Shown: positions 11,870 to 23,950 of the stretch, piece after piece
Position numbering within the stretch: position 1 is the stretch's first letter
Layout: each line of letters begins with the position of its first letter
Assembly: GCA_964106915.2 (NCBI GenBank)
Contig: OZ066917.1
Strand: one strand, 5' to 3'
Origin: Podarcis gaigeae
Lineage: Eukaryota
DNA: 54,519 bases
Made by a program: the position numbers and the translations under genes
Notes under the pieces: model-generated
Told to the model about the DNA's origin: nothing
Databases searched by the model: none
The model's input: the letters and a program-made list of their open reading frames with translations, nothing else

Positions 11870-11942
11870 CACCCAACATGGGGCTTGAACCCACAATGCG
11901 GAGATTAAGAGTCTCATTTACTACAAAGTGGGCTATCCCAGC
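11870..11942 (-). pseudogene. tRNA-Lys(CTT)-derived pseudogene or SINE head
   Basis: Minus strand gctgggatagcccactttgtagtaaatgagactCTTaatctccgcattgtgggttcaagccccatgttgggtg aligns to tRNA-Lys-CTT. D arm and acceptor stem are decayed; the B box is retained. Confidence 0.75.
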
Positions 11943-12061
11943 TGTTAAGCAATACTAGAGCAAAGCATGAACCAGCATGGAGGGTGTTACCTTCTGTTGT
12001 GTTTTGTGTCCATGAGTGTTTTAATATGAAACAAAGCCAAGCTTGATCAGACTTGGCAACC

Positions 12062-12504
12062 ATGTCATGTCGTCCCCCAGATCTTCTCCACTGCCTGTTT
12101 TGTTCTCCTAATGCCGAACAGCCTTAGCAACTGCATGCAACACCCTCTCTCCATGACTGATCAGCCCTCTGTGGTTCCCCATTGGTTGCCCGGGGGCTAT
12201 ATAAAACAGCACATAGAAAGCAAAAGAAAAAAAATATTTAAGCAACATGACAGCTGCTATGTTTGTTTGCTACTCAGATGCCTGGCTGGTTTCTGCTCTC
12301 ACCTTGACCCATCCTTGCTCCTGCTTTTGAACTTTTGTGAGAGTTCCCCCAACTGTCTGGCTCCTGCTTTGCTTTTGTTTGTGAGCCTGCTAAATTCCTG
12401 CTCCTATCAAGGTACCCCGGCTTGGCTGTGACCCCAGTCTGTCCTTCGTTGGCAATCCTTGATTTGTAGTTCTGACTGTTCCTTACCCTCCAGAGCTGTC
12501 AGCA
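12062..12504 (+). mobile_element. Possible solo LTR (Gypsy-like)
   Basis: Begins TGTCATG, has reverse CCAAT (cattgg) then TATATAAAA, a pyrimidine-rich downstream part, and ends in CA. No TSD resolved. Confidence 0.4.
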
Positions 12505-15500
12505 CTCCAGATAGTCCTATTGGTGTGAAATAATTGCTTATGGTTCCAATAACTGTTGGCCAGAGGAGAAGGAGATGAGGGAGTATTTAGAAGAGTCGGC
12601 TTTTTTCAGACATTCTCCTCTTTCTGCTTCTGCTTCTTTTTACCAGGCATGCGTTGGGTCCTCCTGTGTTCCATTAATTGCTCCAGAGCAAACCAAACTC
12701 ATGCCTTCTATTTCCTAATATTGAGGAGATGCTGTTTCTTCTGTCTTCCAATTTATGCTGTCATTGTAAACTCGAGACTTTAATTACTGTGTGACATAGC
12801 AGAAACCTAAAACAATGAATTAAGGAAGAGTTGTTCTGGCTCAAGTGAGCGTGGTTTGTTTCAGTCTCTTGTGCAATTTTTACAAGGCTCTTCAAAGAAA
12901 AAAAAAGGAAGTTTTTTTTTACAAAGTACAACGCATCCCTTAAACATAAATCAGATAGAGGATTTCTGGAAAGAACAGAATAAATCTCTAAGACATTATA
13001 AATTGGAGCATGTTTGAACTTAAAAAACAACAACACACACACACACACCCCACTCCGTTCCTCTTTAAAAGAATGCCATATTGCTACTTTTAAAAAGATA
13101 ATATGTTCTCTTTGATCCCACTTTTTTGTCTTTTTGTGGTTCCAGCTCAGTTGCATCAATAAAAGCTAAAACTGCTCAGCACCTCCCAAGAGGCATTGAG
13201 ACATGACTTTAGCTCCAAGTCCCTGTCAGCATCACATATGCCAAAAAAGTTGGTGGGAAAACTGTCACTTAGGGATGACTAAGATAACTACGCTTGTAGT
13301 GGCAGGCAATGCCAAGCAGCTACTCACATACTTCTCAGCTCCAGGATTTGTGTGCTACTAATTCTCTGCTTCCTTCTTGCTTGTGGTGTCCTCCTGCTGG
13401 CTGGAGAAGATACATCCACAACACCTGTGTCCAATGGAGATTTGTGAATTGGCTAGACATTAAAGCTGCGCCCACCTGCCTGTCAAAGTGGCCCAGGAGG
13501 GCTGGGGGATCTAAGGATCTGGCCCCCACCCTGCCTTACTACTGCCTAACTTTATGCCCTTTGTAGAATGAGAGTCATTGCCACAATTCTACTTCAGGCC
13601 TTTTATCCAATTGAATAATAAAAAACCAGATTTGTCTGCCAGAACACAGAATCAAGGACTGATTGAGACTCACTTTCCCCAGGTTTTAGGCTTGGGTGTT
13701 TTAATGCACCACCCCATGCCATTGGAGAACTGTGCAAACATCTCTTGCATCTGGCCCAATAAGCCTGTACAACAGGCCTGCCAAATGGACCCACTGGCAG
13801 TACCCAAAGAAATGACATTGAAAAGAATGTTATCCTTACAATGACTGACACATTTTAAACACATTTATCTGAGAGACAGCAGTAAGATGAAAGAAAGCAA
13901 ATCTGCTCTTCTTTGAAAGATTCCCAAGGAATAACTTTTTGATTCAAAGGAATTGGCCTTTTAAAAGAAAAGTTATTTCTTCAGCACATTTGGATGTAAT
14001 TTCTTTGTGTGCCGCCATTGGACTGGCACAGATTTCATCTCTGGATTTCCAAAATGAAAATGAAAAATTCAGTTCAAATGTATTTTCGACCCCATCACCA
14101 CAGAATTTTGATACCCGGCAGCCCTTCCAAAAATCTGCCAGGAGTTCAGAAAACAAATTTATAACTCACACATCACTGTTATGTATTCACATAAAATATT
14201 ATATTCTCATTGTGTTCTGTTTTTCATGCCAATTTGTCTGTTCTCTTGTGCTATTTTTCATTCTTGTAATATTCCCTTTTGTGCCAAAACATCTGCATTC
14301 TCAAAAGAGAAATGCCACCACTATCTCACTATCACACACAAACACAATTTCTCCACATCAACCCATGTGATTTCCCCCCCACAAATGTTAGTGGGGTGGC
14401 ATGGAATCAGGCAATAGGAAGACAGGTCCTTCTATACCTTTTTAGTAATCTATGAGTTGGGCCCTAGTGACTTAGAGTAGCAGGTACTATCATTACCAGG
14501 AATATTAATTCCATACATAATTTACCTACAGGTGATATAATACAGCCAATGGTTATACAGCCAAGATTCCCCATGGTTATTGCGTGCTATAATTTGAAGC
14601 ATATGTTTCTTTGGCAGGAGGTAAGCGAGTTAATGAAACAAATACAGAAAACTAGGGGAACTGATACTGAACAAACAGTTTAGCGACTTGCTGAAAACAC
14701 AAATAGCAAGCAATGATTTGAGTATTATTGATGTGTAAACTGTTGAAGTGGAATGTGAGTACAAAGCTCATCTTGAAATTCAATATAATTTTTGAGATTG
14801 TCATCAAAGTGCTAAAGTGGCAAACTGATTAGGACAAGAGGAAGCATGTAAACATAGACAATTGGAAAATACTCTGTGCATTCCACCCTGTTGCTAACAG
14901 CGGCCTCTGCACAGGACAGGACATTGCACGCTAAAAATAAAAATATTAAAAATAAGTCAGGCAAAAATAAAAGCTTTTGATACAAATCCAGTGTATTTTT
15001 AAAACAACAAGGGATCTCAGAAATAAATACAGAAAAGCTTAAGAGAAACAGGGGTGGTTTTGGTGCTAAAAGGCAAAAGATATCAATCTACAGATATCAG
15101 TGAAAACTTAATAGGTGTTATTATTACTGAAATGCCCTGGAGGAGCCTAAGATATCCAAGAAGTGTGCATAGCCTATTGTGGAAATCCATTCTCAGAACC
15201 ACTCACACCACTTAACATTGCACACCATCTAGTTGGGGGGAGGGATTACTTGGGCTGCATATATACCCACTTACCTGTAAATGAGATCATTGAACTCAAG
15301 GGTGCTTATTTCTGGGTAGGAATATATAGGGTTTGCTATTTGTCTGCTAATGTCAAAATCTGCCCCTTTATCTTTTGAGGAGACTATGTCTCTCTATGTA
15401 ATAAAAATGTAAGAATGTCATCATGCAGCCTCCATTAGGGGATTTGTAGTGGCACAACACAATCCTGGATTTGCATGAAGTCAGGGTGGGCTAAGGTTGC

Positions 15501-15679
15501 ACAATAGCAGTAGCCATGACATGGGAGTGAGAAGGCAGAAACAGTGAGTGGTGATTTACTACAATAGCAGAAGTTTGACTAAGGCAAAGGTGGGAAAATA
15601 CAGAGAGGAAAATGGCAATTTTAAACAATGGCTGAAGTTTTAGTAAAGCCAGGATGGAGGCGTTTTGCTCTGCCTCCGC

Positions 15680-15852
15680 TATCAGAGGCAGCATGCCTCT
15701 GAACATCACTTGCTGGGCATTGCCAGAGGGGAGGGTGCTCTTGTGCTCAGGTCCGGCTTGCAAGATTCCCATTGGCATCTGCTTGGCCACTGTGAGAACA
15801 GGATGCTGGACTAGATGGGGCCTTGGTCTGAGCCAGCTGGCTCTTCTTATGT
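15680..15852 (+). mobile_element. CR1 LINE 3' end
   Basis: ggccactgtgagaacaggatgctggactagatggg...ttcttatgt terminus, shared with 31700-31770. Confidence 0.75.
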
Positions 15853-17599
15853 CCCCATCATCCCTTACAATTGGAAACACTCTTTGGACTCTTACGTAGT
15901 CCAAAACATATAGAGGGCAACAGGTTGGAGAAGGCTGCTCTAGAGAATAAATTTACCTCTAGGCAGGGGATTTTTAATCACTATATCTCCTGACTTCTTT
16001 TTTTGAAACTTAAAAGCTAGAGGGTATTTGCATCATGGCAACAGTGCTGTGGAACAACTGTTTAATCCGCAGCCTAGGCTATTTTCCTGATAGGTTTGTC
16101 CGCCCACCAGTGGGCAGAAAGAAATGTGTGCCCATCAAAGGAGTAATGTTTGTGGGGTTCAGTTCCCCCTCTGGCTGTATTCACTTTCTTGGGTAAGTGT
16201 ACTTGTCTCATAATCTTGCTGGTTTTTCCTCTCTGGGTGTTTTGTATTGAAGAATGTCTAATCAAAGCACTGGCGTGGCATTTAGCAGAGCCTGTGGCCT
16301 TGGGCAAATCACTTGCCTCGCTCTAGTTCTGCATTTTGTTTCCAAGATCAGCCACTGACAACCAAATAACTCCGCAAAGGTTACAAGCGGGACATGAGGG
16401 CAACAGTAATTCCCTGCCATTTGTCCCCAGCACCTGCTATGCAGGAAGAGAGAAGGGGATTGTGCTTGTAGATTTTTGTTGCATGAGCCCGCTGGGTGTT
16501 CCCAATCTCAAAAAAAAAAAGGGTCTTCTGGAAGGCCTTCAACATGTTTAATCCCTTGTTCATGTAAAACATATAATGCATGGCTTCGCTCACTTTCTTG
16601 AGGTAACTGCTCTGTTTATTTCCTGCTTTATGACTATGGCACTTTGGTTGTATGGATCTGCTATGTGTGGATGATATTTCTTGGTGACAAGGGACTTGTA
16701 AAAACACATGGAATTGCTTTATAACCAGAGGGCTGTTTTTCAAAAGCTATCTATCTTTAGGGGACCCTTTCCATATTAAAAGCTCCCTGGTGTTTGCCAC
16801 AAACCTGCATGTTATGAGAGGATCAAGGCGCATGTTCTGTTCAAATATGTCCATTGAGCCTGGCTGCCATCTTTTGTATTGTCCCTTAAGGGTGCAGGCT
16901 CAGATCACAATCTCCAGGACTGAACATTCTAGAGGAAGATATCCCTAGCAAAGGTCAAACTGTCTTTGAGGGAGGTTTGTCTACCATCATCGGACTCCTC
17001 TGAGAGACCCCTGGTAAGCTACCAAGCACAGTTTGAAACCACTCCAACAAACAGAGCAAGCTCTGTACCATTTCAGTCTGTCACTATGCAAGCAGAAACT
17101 CATGTGAGCACCTTCTCTTGCTGCTGCCCAACGTTTTTCCCCTGGGAAGGAGCATAGTGTATTAAGAGTATAGATCAGTTTCACTCACATATCACTTAAA
17201 GGGCTTTTGAACCTCTCTCCTGCTCTTGGTATCATTACACGAAAGACAACCCCCCCCCCCAAAAAAAAAATCAGTTTTAAATGCTCTGATATCAGATTTT
17301 TACATTGATTTATGACCACACAGGAAGTCCCATTTACAATTGCTTGTCAGCCTTCCTGACATTATTGTATCATCTCTGTGAACAGAAGCACATTTTTGTA
17401 TCCCCCCTCCCCCATTTTACCACAAAGTAGTCAACATTTGGAAATGGCTTTTTGACATGTTAACCTCTTCACCTCGCGTGGTGGTGTTGATTTGATCTCA
17501 CTATTAACAAGTGTCATGGTTATAAAAATTAACAAACCAACAATCAAAAAGTACTATCTCTCTAAGGCTATCCCAGACACAGAGCCTCTAAAGAAAATA

Positions 17600-17873
17600 C
17601 AGTGGTACCTCGGGTTACATACGCTTCAGGTTGCATATGCTTCAGGTTACATACGCTTCAGGTTACATACACTTCAGGTTACAGACTCCGCTAACCCAGA
17701 AATAGTGCTTCAGGTTAAGAACTTTGCTTCAGGATAAGAACATAAATCATGCTCCGGCGGCGCGGCAGCAGCAGGAGGCCCCATTAGCTAAAGTGGTGCT
17801 TCAGGTTAAGAACAGTTTCAGGTTAAGAACGGACCTCTGGAACGAATTAAGTACTTAACCCAAGGTACCACTG
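17600..17873. mobile_element. Tc1/mariner-superfamily MITE, copy 1
   Basis: TIR cagtggtacct(c/t)gggtta with TA TSD. Four internal 16-bp units. Confidence 0.92.
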
Positions 17874-18320
17874 TACATACATATATTTGTAATAAAGGCA
17901 AATGGACATCTTGTTTTCTTCTATACTCACAGGGACTTCCCTACTGGCATTTTGTTTTTGCTGGTATATTCTGCAACATTTCACTCATGCAATGGTAGCG
18001 CAAAAGTGGTGGGTTTATACTGGGCCATCCACACACCATTCTGCCTTGTTAGTTCTTCTGTGATGCTTCCTCAGTGTTCTGGCACTAATGTCATCTGGAG
18101 GAGCAGCCTTACACAACAGGGAAACAAAAGTGGTACACACACAAAATAAACTAAAACATTTGTTATATTAAAAGTTACAGGATTTCAGCAGGAAGTTACA
18201 GGAGACACACTGACTGGAAACAAAACATATGTAACCCTGAAGCATATAATTGCCCTGATACCATCATAAGCACACATCATAAATATATAATAAAAAGGAT
18301 GCCGGGAAGAGCCCATAGAG

Positions 18321-18517
18321 CAGGCCTGTCCAAAGTCCTAATCTGGCCCGCCATTCCGTTTAATTCAGCCCCTGTGCCAGTTTATTTTCTGGGGTAAAAT
18401 CTTTTAAAAAGCTCATCAACTTAAATCCTAAAAAAAAGCTCAACAACCTTGGTTGGCCCTCATGCATGTCCACTTCATCAAATCTGGCCCTCTTTGAAAA
18501 AAGTTTGGGCACCCCTG
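18321..18517. mobile_element. hAT (Charlie-like) non-autonomous element
   Basis: Termini cagg..tgtccaaa / tttgggcacccctg with a perfect 8-bp TSD ccatagag (18313-18320, 18518-18525). Confidence 0.85.
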
Positions 18518-18668
18518 CCATAGAGAAAAAAGTGGTCTGTATCCTTCTCTCTTCCTCTGTGTTGCCAGTCACTCATCGCTTTTTTTAAAGGCTCTGATTA
18601 TCTGATTGATTTAAAGGACCTGTGTGTATGCACCAACCCTGTAAAGCATAATAATTGTTCAATATTAA

Positions 18669-18745
18669 GAAGGAAGGAAGGAAGGAAGGAAGGAAGGAAG
18701 GAAGGAAGGAAGGAAGGTAGGTAGGTACTGGTAGGTAGGTACTGT
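18669..18745 (+). repeat. (GGAA)n grading into (GGTA)n microsatellite
   Basis: About 12 GGAA units followed by GGTA units. Confidence 0.95.
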
Positions 18746-18886
18746 ACTGTAGAAGCAGCATTGACAGGAATGCTTGTATTGTATTACACGGGGGGGGGGG
18801 GGGAGAGAGTGCAATTGCTCCGCTCTGCTGGGATCTAAGTGGGTAAATAATATGTAAAGGTAGAGTTACATGCATGTACTATGTTA

Positions 18887-19285
18887 AAGAAGGCTGATCA
18901 CCGAAGAATTGATGCTTTTGAATTATGGTGCTGGAGGAGATTCTTGAGAGTCCCATGGACTGCAAGAAGATCAAACGCATCCAGTCTTAAGGAAATCAGC
19001 CCTGAGTGCTCACTGGAAGGACAGATCCTGAAGCTGAGGCTCCAATACTTTGGCCACCTCATGAGAAGAGAAAACTCCCTGGAAAAGACCCTGATGTTGG
19101 TAAAGATGGAGGGCACAAGGAGAAGGGGACGACAGAGGACGAGATGGTTGGACAGTGTTCTCAAAGCTACCAGCATGAGTTTGACCAAACTGCGGGAGGC
19201 AGTGGAAGACAGGAGTGCCCGGCGTGCTCTGGTCTATGGGGTCACAAAGAGTCGGACACGACTAAACGACTAAACAACAACAACA
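18887..19285 (+). mobile_element. RTE-BovB LINE 3' fragment
   Basis: Open frame KKADHRRIDAFELWCWRRFLRVPWTARRSN...LQYFGHLMRR...KSRTRLND*, (CAA)n tail, and 9-bp TSD actatgtta (18878-18886, 19286-19294). Confidence 0.95.
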
Positions 19286-21427
19286 ACTATGTTATGGGAT
19301 TGTACCCAGGCGTATTTACCAAGTTCTACGGCTCAGCATCTGAGGTAGGCAATTGAGGTAAACATATTTTCCCACATTCATTTGAGGCGTGTATTATGGC
19401 ATTTAAACAAAGAAGAGTGTAATTGAAATAGGGAGTGGGGGTATTTCACAGTGATAATTCACAGTGTAATCCTATGCACGCTGGTAGCAACACTTCATAC
19501 TACGTGTCTGATTTTTGCCAGGGATAATATTTGCTAACTGCTATCAGTTTGGCTTGGATCAAAGCATCACACAAGTTTGAGGGACATTACAATTTTTCAG
19601 GGCAGGTTTAGGCCTCCATAAAGATAACAGGGAGTAAGGAAGCAAAGGAGAAAAGAGGGGCAAGATAGCTGGTGGAAGAGTGTGGTATAAGCAATGGGCT
19701 TAGAACCTGAAGGAAAAGGTAGATGAAGGGGAAACTGATGAAAGGGGAAGTAAAAATAAGGAAATGTGAAAGGAAAAAAGAAGGCGAGGCAATGAGCTGA
19801 CACAAGAAGACATACATATATGACACCCAAACTTACATTCCTCAGTGATTCGCCATTCTGTTATCTGCAGATGGGTTTATTAACAGCATCCATTGAAAGC
19901 AATTGTGTTTGATATGAAATCTCCATCTAATATATTTGACGGGCATTGGCTTATTCACAAAGAGAAGTCATCAGCTGACATTCCAATCATGGAGTGGTGA
20001 GCATACATGTGTGAACACATCCTCAGAAATGCAATAGAGTGTGTGTTCCTAGAGAAAGATGGGGAGATAGACAGGCCGAGCAAGGCACTGTGGCCTTTTG
20101 AGAAGCAGAGGTCATCAAAACCCAACAAGTGGAAGAAGCTGGCTGTTGTAGCATTGGCATATGGAGAGGATTAAAAGAAGGCATGCATATGCAAGCACAG
20201 AAAACCTAGATATAAACAAAGATAGCCTTTTTGTTTGCTACATGCAGGATGCAGACACATTCCTAAAAGTAACTGGAGCACCGCATCCTATACACACTTT
20301 AAAGACGCTACCAGTGCAATCAAGACTGTGTGGGTGCAAAATTGGTCTCTTGACTGACTTGTTTTTAATTTTCGAAGGATTGTATTCCTTCTGTTCCTGA
20401 AATGCATCCAGTGCATTCAATTATAGCTAAACAGCTTAGGCCAAACCAACTTAGAAGTTTGCTACCTTTACCCTCCAAATCTCTGTGGTTAATTTAGGGT
20501 GTCCTCCATCCACAGGGAGGAAGAGAATAAATGAGCTGGCATCGTTCAGTGCTTTCATGAAGAAGGTTCCCAAGTCCATTACCAATCATCAGCAAGGTTA
20601 AATGATCTATGGGATCAATGTGTTAATAAAGGCCAAATGAATGAAATGAATGAACTCAGTGCAAGGTCTGCTCACAAGTGAGTTCAATGAGACTTACTCC
20701 TAGGTATGTGTGAGGATGGGGCAGAGCTGGCCTACCCATTATGCAGGGTGAGGAGCTGCCTCAAGTGGCAGCGGGTGGCACTGCCCTGCCTCGCTGCCAC
20801 AGAAGCAATCCTGGTAAGGGAGGTTTGAACACTGCCACAGCAGCATAGTGTTCTATCACTCAGCCTCACCACCAGGTGGGAAGGCAAAGGGTTTCTCCTT
20901 AAGGTCCCAGTCCTTGCAGAGCCTCGTGCCCACTCAGTTGCGGGGGCAGTAAGAGGCTTTTCGCCTCAGGTACTGAAAAGTGGGGGGAGGGGGCTAGCAT
21001 GGGGTTATAGCCTTCTTGCTCTGACCACAGTTGTAAACTTACTGGATCGAGCATGTCATTGAGGATTAAATGTGATTCGTTCATTTATAAGAATTTTTTT
21101 ATAATAAAAAAACCTTTTAATGAAAAGATAGAATCCTGAAGGGTTCTAGATCCAGAGAAATTAGAAACAGAAATTAGATGTCTGATACAGTCCAGTTAAC
21201 AGTAGCAATGGTTGTTCAGTGATTTTTATATATTGCCAAGAAAGGATGCTTAAAGTTGCATTCCAGTACGTAATACCTACCTGGAAGTAGTCTCATTGAA
21301 CTTGATGTGACTTATTTCCGAGTAGATATGCATAGGATTGCATATTGAGCTCAAAAGTGACAGGTCCTTCCTGCTGTGCAGTTTGATACCTTCCTCCATC
21401 TGGAAGTTCAAGACTAAATACCTTTTA

Positions 21428-21786
21428 AAAAGGTAAAGGTAAAGGACCCCTGACAGTTAAGTCCAGTCGCAGACGACTCTGGAATTGCGGCACTCATCTC
21501 GCTTTACAGGCCGAGGGAGCTGCCATTTGTCTGCAGACAGTTTTTCCGGGTCATGTGGCCAGCATGACTAAGCCGCTTCTGGCTCAATGGAACACCGAAA
21601 CCAGAGCAGCACACGGAAACACCGTTTACCTTCCCACAGGAGCGGTACCTATTTATCTACTCGCACTTCATGCTTTCAAACTGCTAGGTTGGCAGGTGCT
21701 GGGACTGAGCAATGGGAGCTCACACCATCGCGGGGATTCGAACCGGCGACCTTCTGATCGGCAAGCCCAAGAGGCTCAGTGGTTTA
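21428..21786 (-). mobile_element. Sauria SINE (head slightly truncated)
   Basis: (ACCTTT)n tail seen as aaaggtaaaggt on plus; B box ggttcgaatcc on minus; homologous to 45804-46157. Confidence 0.9.
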
Positions 21787-22383
21787 TATAATACGTTTCC
21801 ATGGGACTTACTTCTTTGAAAGCATACTTAGGATCTAAGCCCAAAAAATGAAACAAAATCAAAACAAGGCTCTTGTTTGATTGATGGTGCTTGTGTTAGA
21901 GGGCTAAAGGATTGAAATGAGAAAGTGTTTCTGATGTTCCTCCCTATTTAAATCTCTCACTTCCCAGCTCTGCCCAGAAAATGATCTCTCTAGATGCAGA
22001 TTTGGGGGGCGGGGAGAAAAGGCTTTGGAATGACAAATATGCAATAATTGATATCCTTAGATTCTCTATAAATTGCAGAGTTATCTTCAAGATTTACAAG
22101 CCACTTTGAACCTGCTTTTATTGGACAATCTGGTTTACTGGAGGCCCACCTCATGCTTCATCCAACAGTCCAGTTTAAGAGAAGGCAGGCTGTGCACAGG
22201 TTGTCAGCCAAGAATGGCTAGAATGCAGTAATCAAGTGAAGAAACAAGCACTTAGTGATTGGTTTAATTTTGGAAGAAAATAACATTTCAGGTGCTCATT
22301 ATATATACTTCATTCTACTGTACAGGCGCTCTTGAATCTTCATGGAAACATACAATAAAATACTATACATGGCTATTCATAAG

Positions 22384-22660
22384 TAGGGATGGGCAAGAAA
22401 TTTGGTTTGGTTCAAATTTTAATCTTAATGTAACTCATTTCCACTTTCTAAAACAATATTCAAACTGAGACAATAGCTAGCCTTTGGAAATCACATTTCT
22501 TTGAACTCCTATTGTGCAGTTCTCCAACCCCAAAAGTGTACAGAAATGTGTATATTAGAGGGAAGTGGCATTCAAATGCATTTATCGCTGAAAATAACAT
22601 ATTACCTGCAAAAAAGTGTATATCAGGAAAAACTACATTACAAAAAATGAATAAGATTGC
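22384..22660 (+). mobile_element. Old non-autonomous DNA transposon fragment (TAGGGATG terminus)
   Basis: Similar to 26310-26730 and to the reverse complement of 37350-37778. Confidence 0.55.
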
Positions 22661-23568
22661 CCTCTGAGTTATGGTTAGCACTGACTATTGGACCATGCAC
22701 TATGGTCTTTATACATCACCTGCATCTGGTGAAATCACAAAGATGTACCAAGTTCAAAGTGTATTTTCTTTCCATTGACCTATCTCTGTCTCTGCCACTG
22801 AGAGTTTCTGAGTCATGGCCACCATTATTAGGCTGAATGTTTTCCACAAGTCAGGCTTTCATGAGAACATTACAGTTGTGGTATAATTGCCCCAGGTAAA
22901 ACCAAAGGGTTTCTCTTGGTATCCATTTGTAATTGCTATCTGCTATGAGCACCAGATGAGAATTACCAATTCCCTTTTCCTTTGGTGATCTCATTTCAAA
23001 GGCACATCAAATAGAAAGGAAAAAAGTAGCAAGGCACCAACATAATATCATGGTCCCTTGTACTCTTTCTGGATTTTGTGGTGTCTACAAATGTGATCCA
23101 CAATGATTTATGACTTCTAGCCTTCCCGTAGCACAACTGCTTACCACATGGTAATGTGTATGACAGGAATTACTTCTAAATTTATACAAGAGGTTTTTTT
23201 AGTTCATATGTCAAGAGTTTGCCATTTTCAATTATTTATTAAGAAAGCAATATTTTTCTAAGGTGGGTACAGAACTTTTGTTCTCTGCTTTCAATTAGCT
23301 GGGAATTTACTGTGTTCAGCCAAATGTCCATTCATCAAATTCCCAATTCTTGGCAATCTGGACAGATTCTAAGTTTACATCTTTATGGTTAAAATAGAGG
23401 AGGATGCTTATGTCTCGTGCTAAATCACAGCTGAGGGCAGACTAGTCTGGAAGATGGAGAGATCTGTTTGCTGACGCTCTTTATGTGTATTTAATAGATG
23501 TTAGGCTCAACTCCTCTTTCTCTTCCTCACCTATCTAAATGAGGGTGGCCTTCTGCTTGCTAAGAACA

Positions 23569-23661
23569 TACAGTGCAAGCCTAGGCATGTCTCCTCAGAA
23601 ATAAGACCCACTGATTACAATGAGGCTTACTCCCAGGTATGTATAGAGGATTGCACACTTA
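23569..23661. mobile_element. Short (~90 bp) palindromic MITE-like repeat, best-preserved copy
   Basis: tgcaagcct...aggattgca outer arms with an inner taagaccca/tgaggctta hairpin. About ten relatives elsewhere in the window. Confidence 0.65.
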
Positions 23662-23950
23662 AGCATATAGGAAAAGCCCTACTGGATCAAATCAAAAGTC
23701 CATGTAGTCAGGCAACCTGTTACAGAGGCTATCAAGATGCTTCTGGGAAGCCCATAATAATCAGGCCATGAAGGCCAGGATGCCCCTGTACCCCCTGGCA
23801 ACTGGCATTCAATGGCATATACCTCTAGCAATGGCTTAAGCATAATGGCTAACAGTTGCTTATAGATCTCCATCAATTTGTCTATCCATTTTTAAATCCA
23901 TATAATCCAGTGGCCATCAGTGTCTCTTGTGACAGTAAATTCCATACATT
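23662..23950 (-). mobile_element. CR1 LINE 3' fragment
   Basis: Reverse complement resembles the CR1 3' ends at 15680-15852 and 31600-31770. Confidence 0.65.

Noticed and set aside
18789-18803. Poly-G run as a functional G-quadruplex
   Set aside because: Simple homopolymer next to a microsatellite, with nothing else supporting function.
18881-19273. 130-aa ORF as a host gene
   Set aside because: It is the BovB ORF C-terminus, bounded by a TSD and tail.
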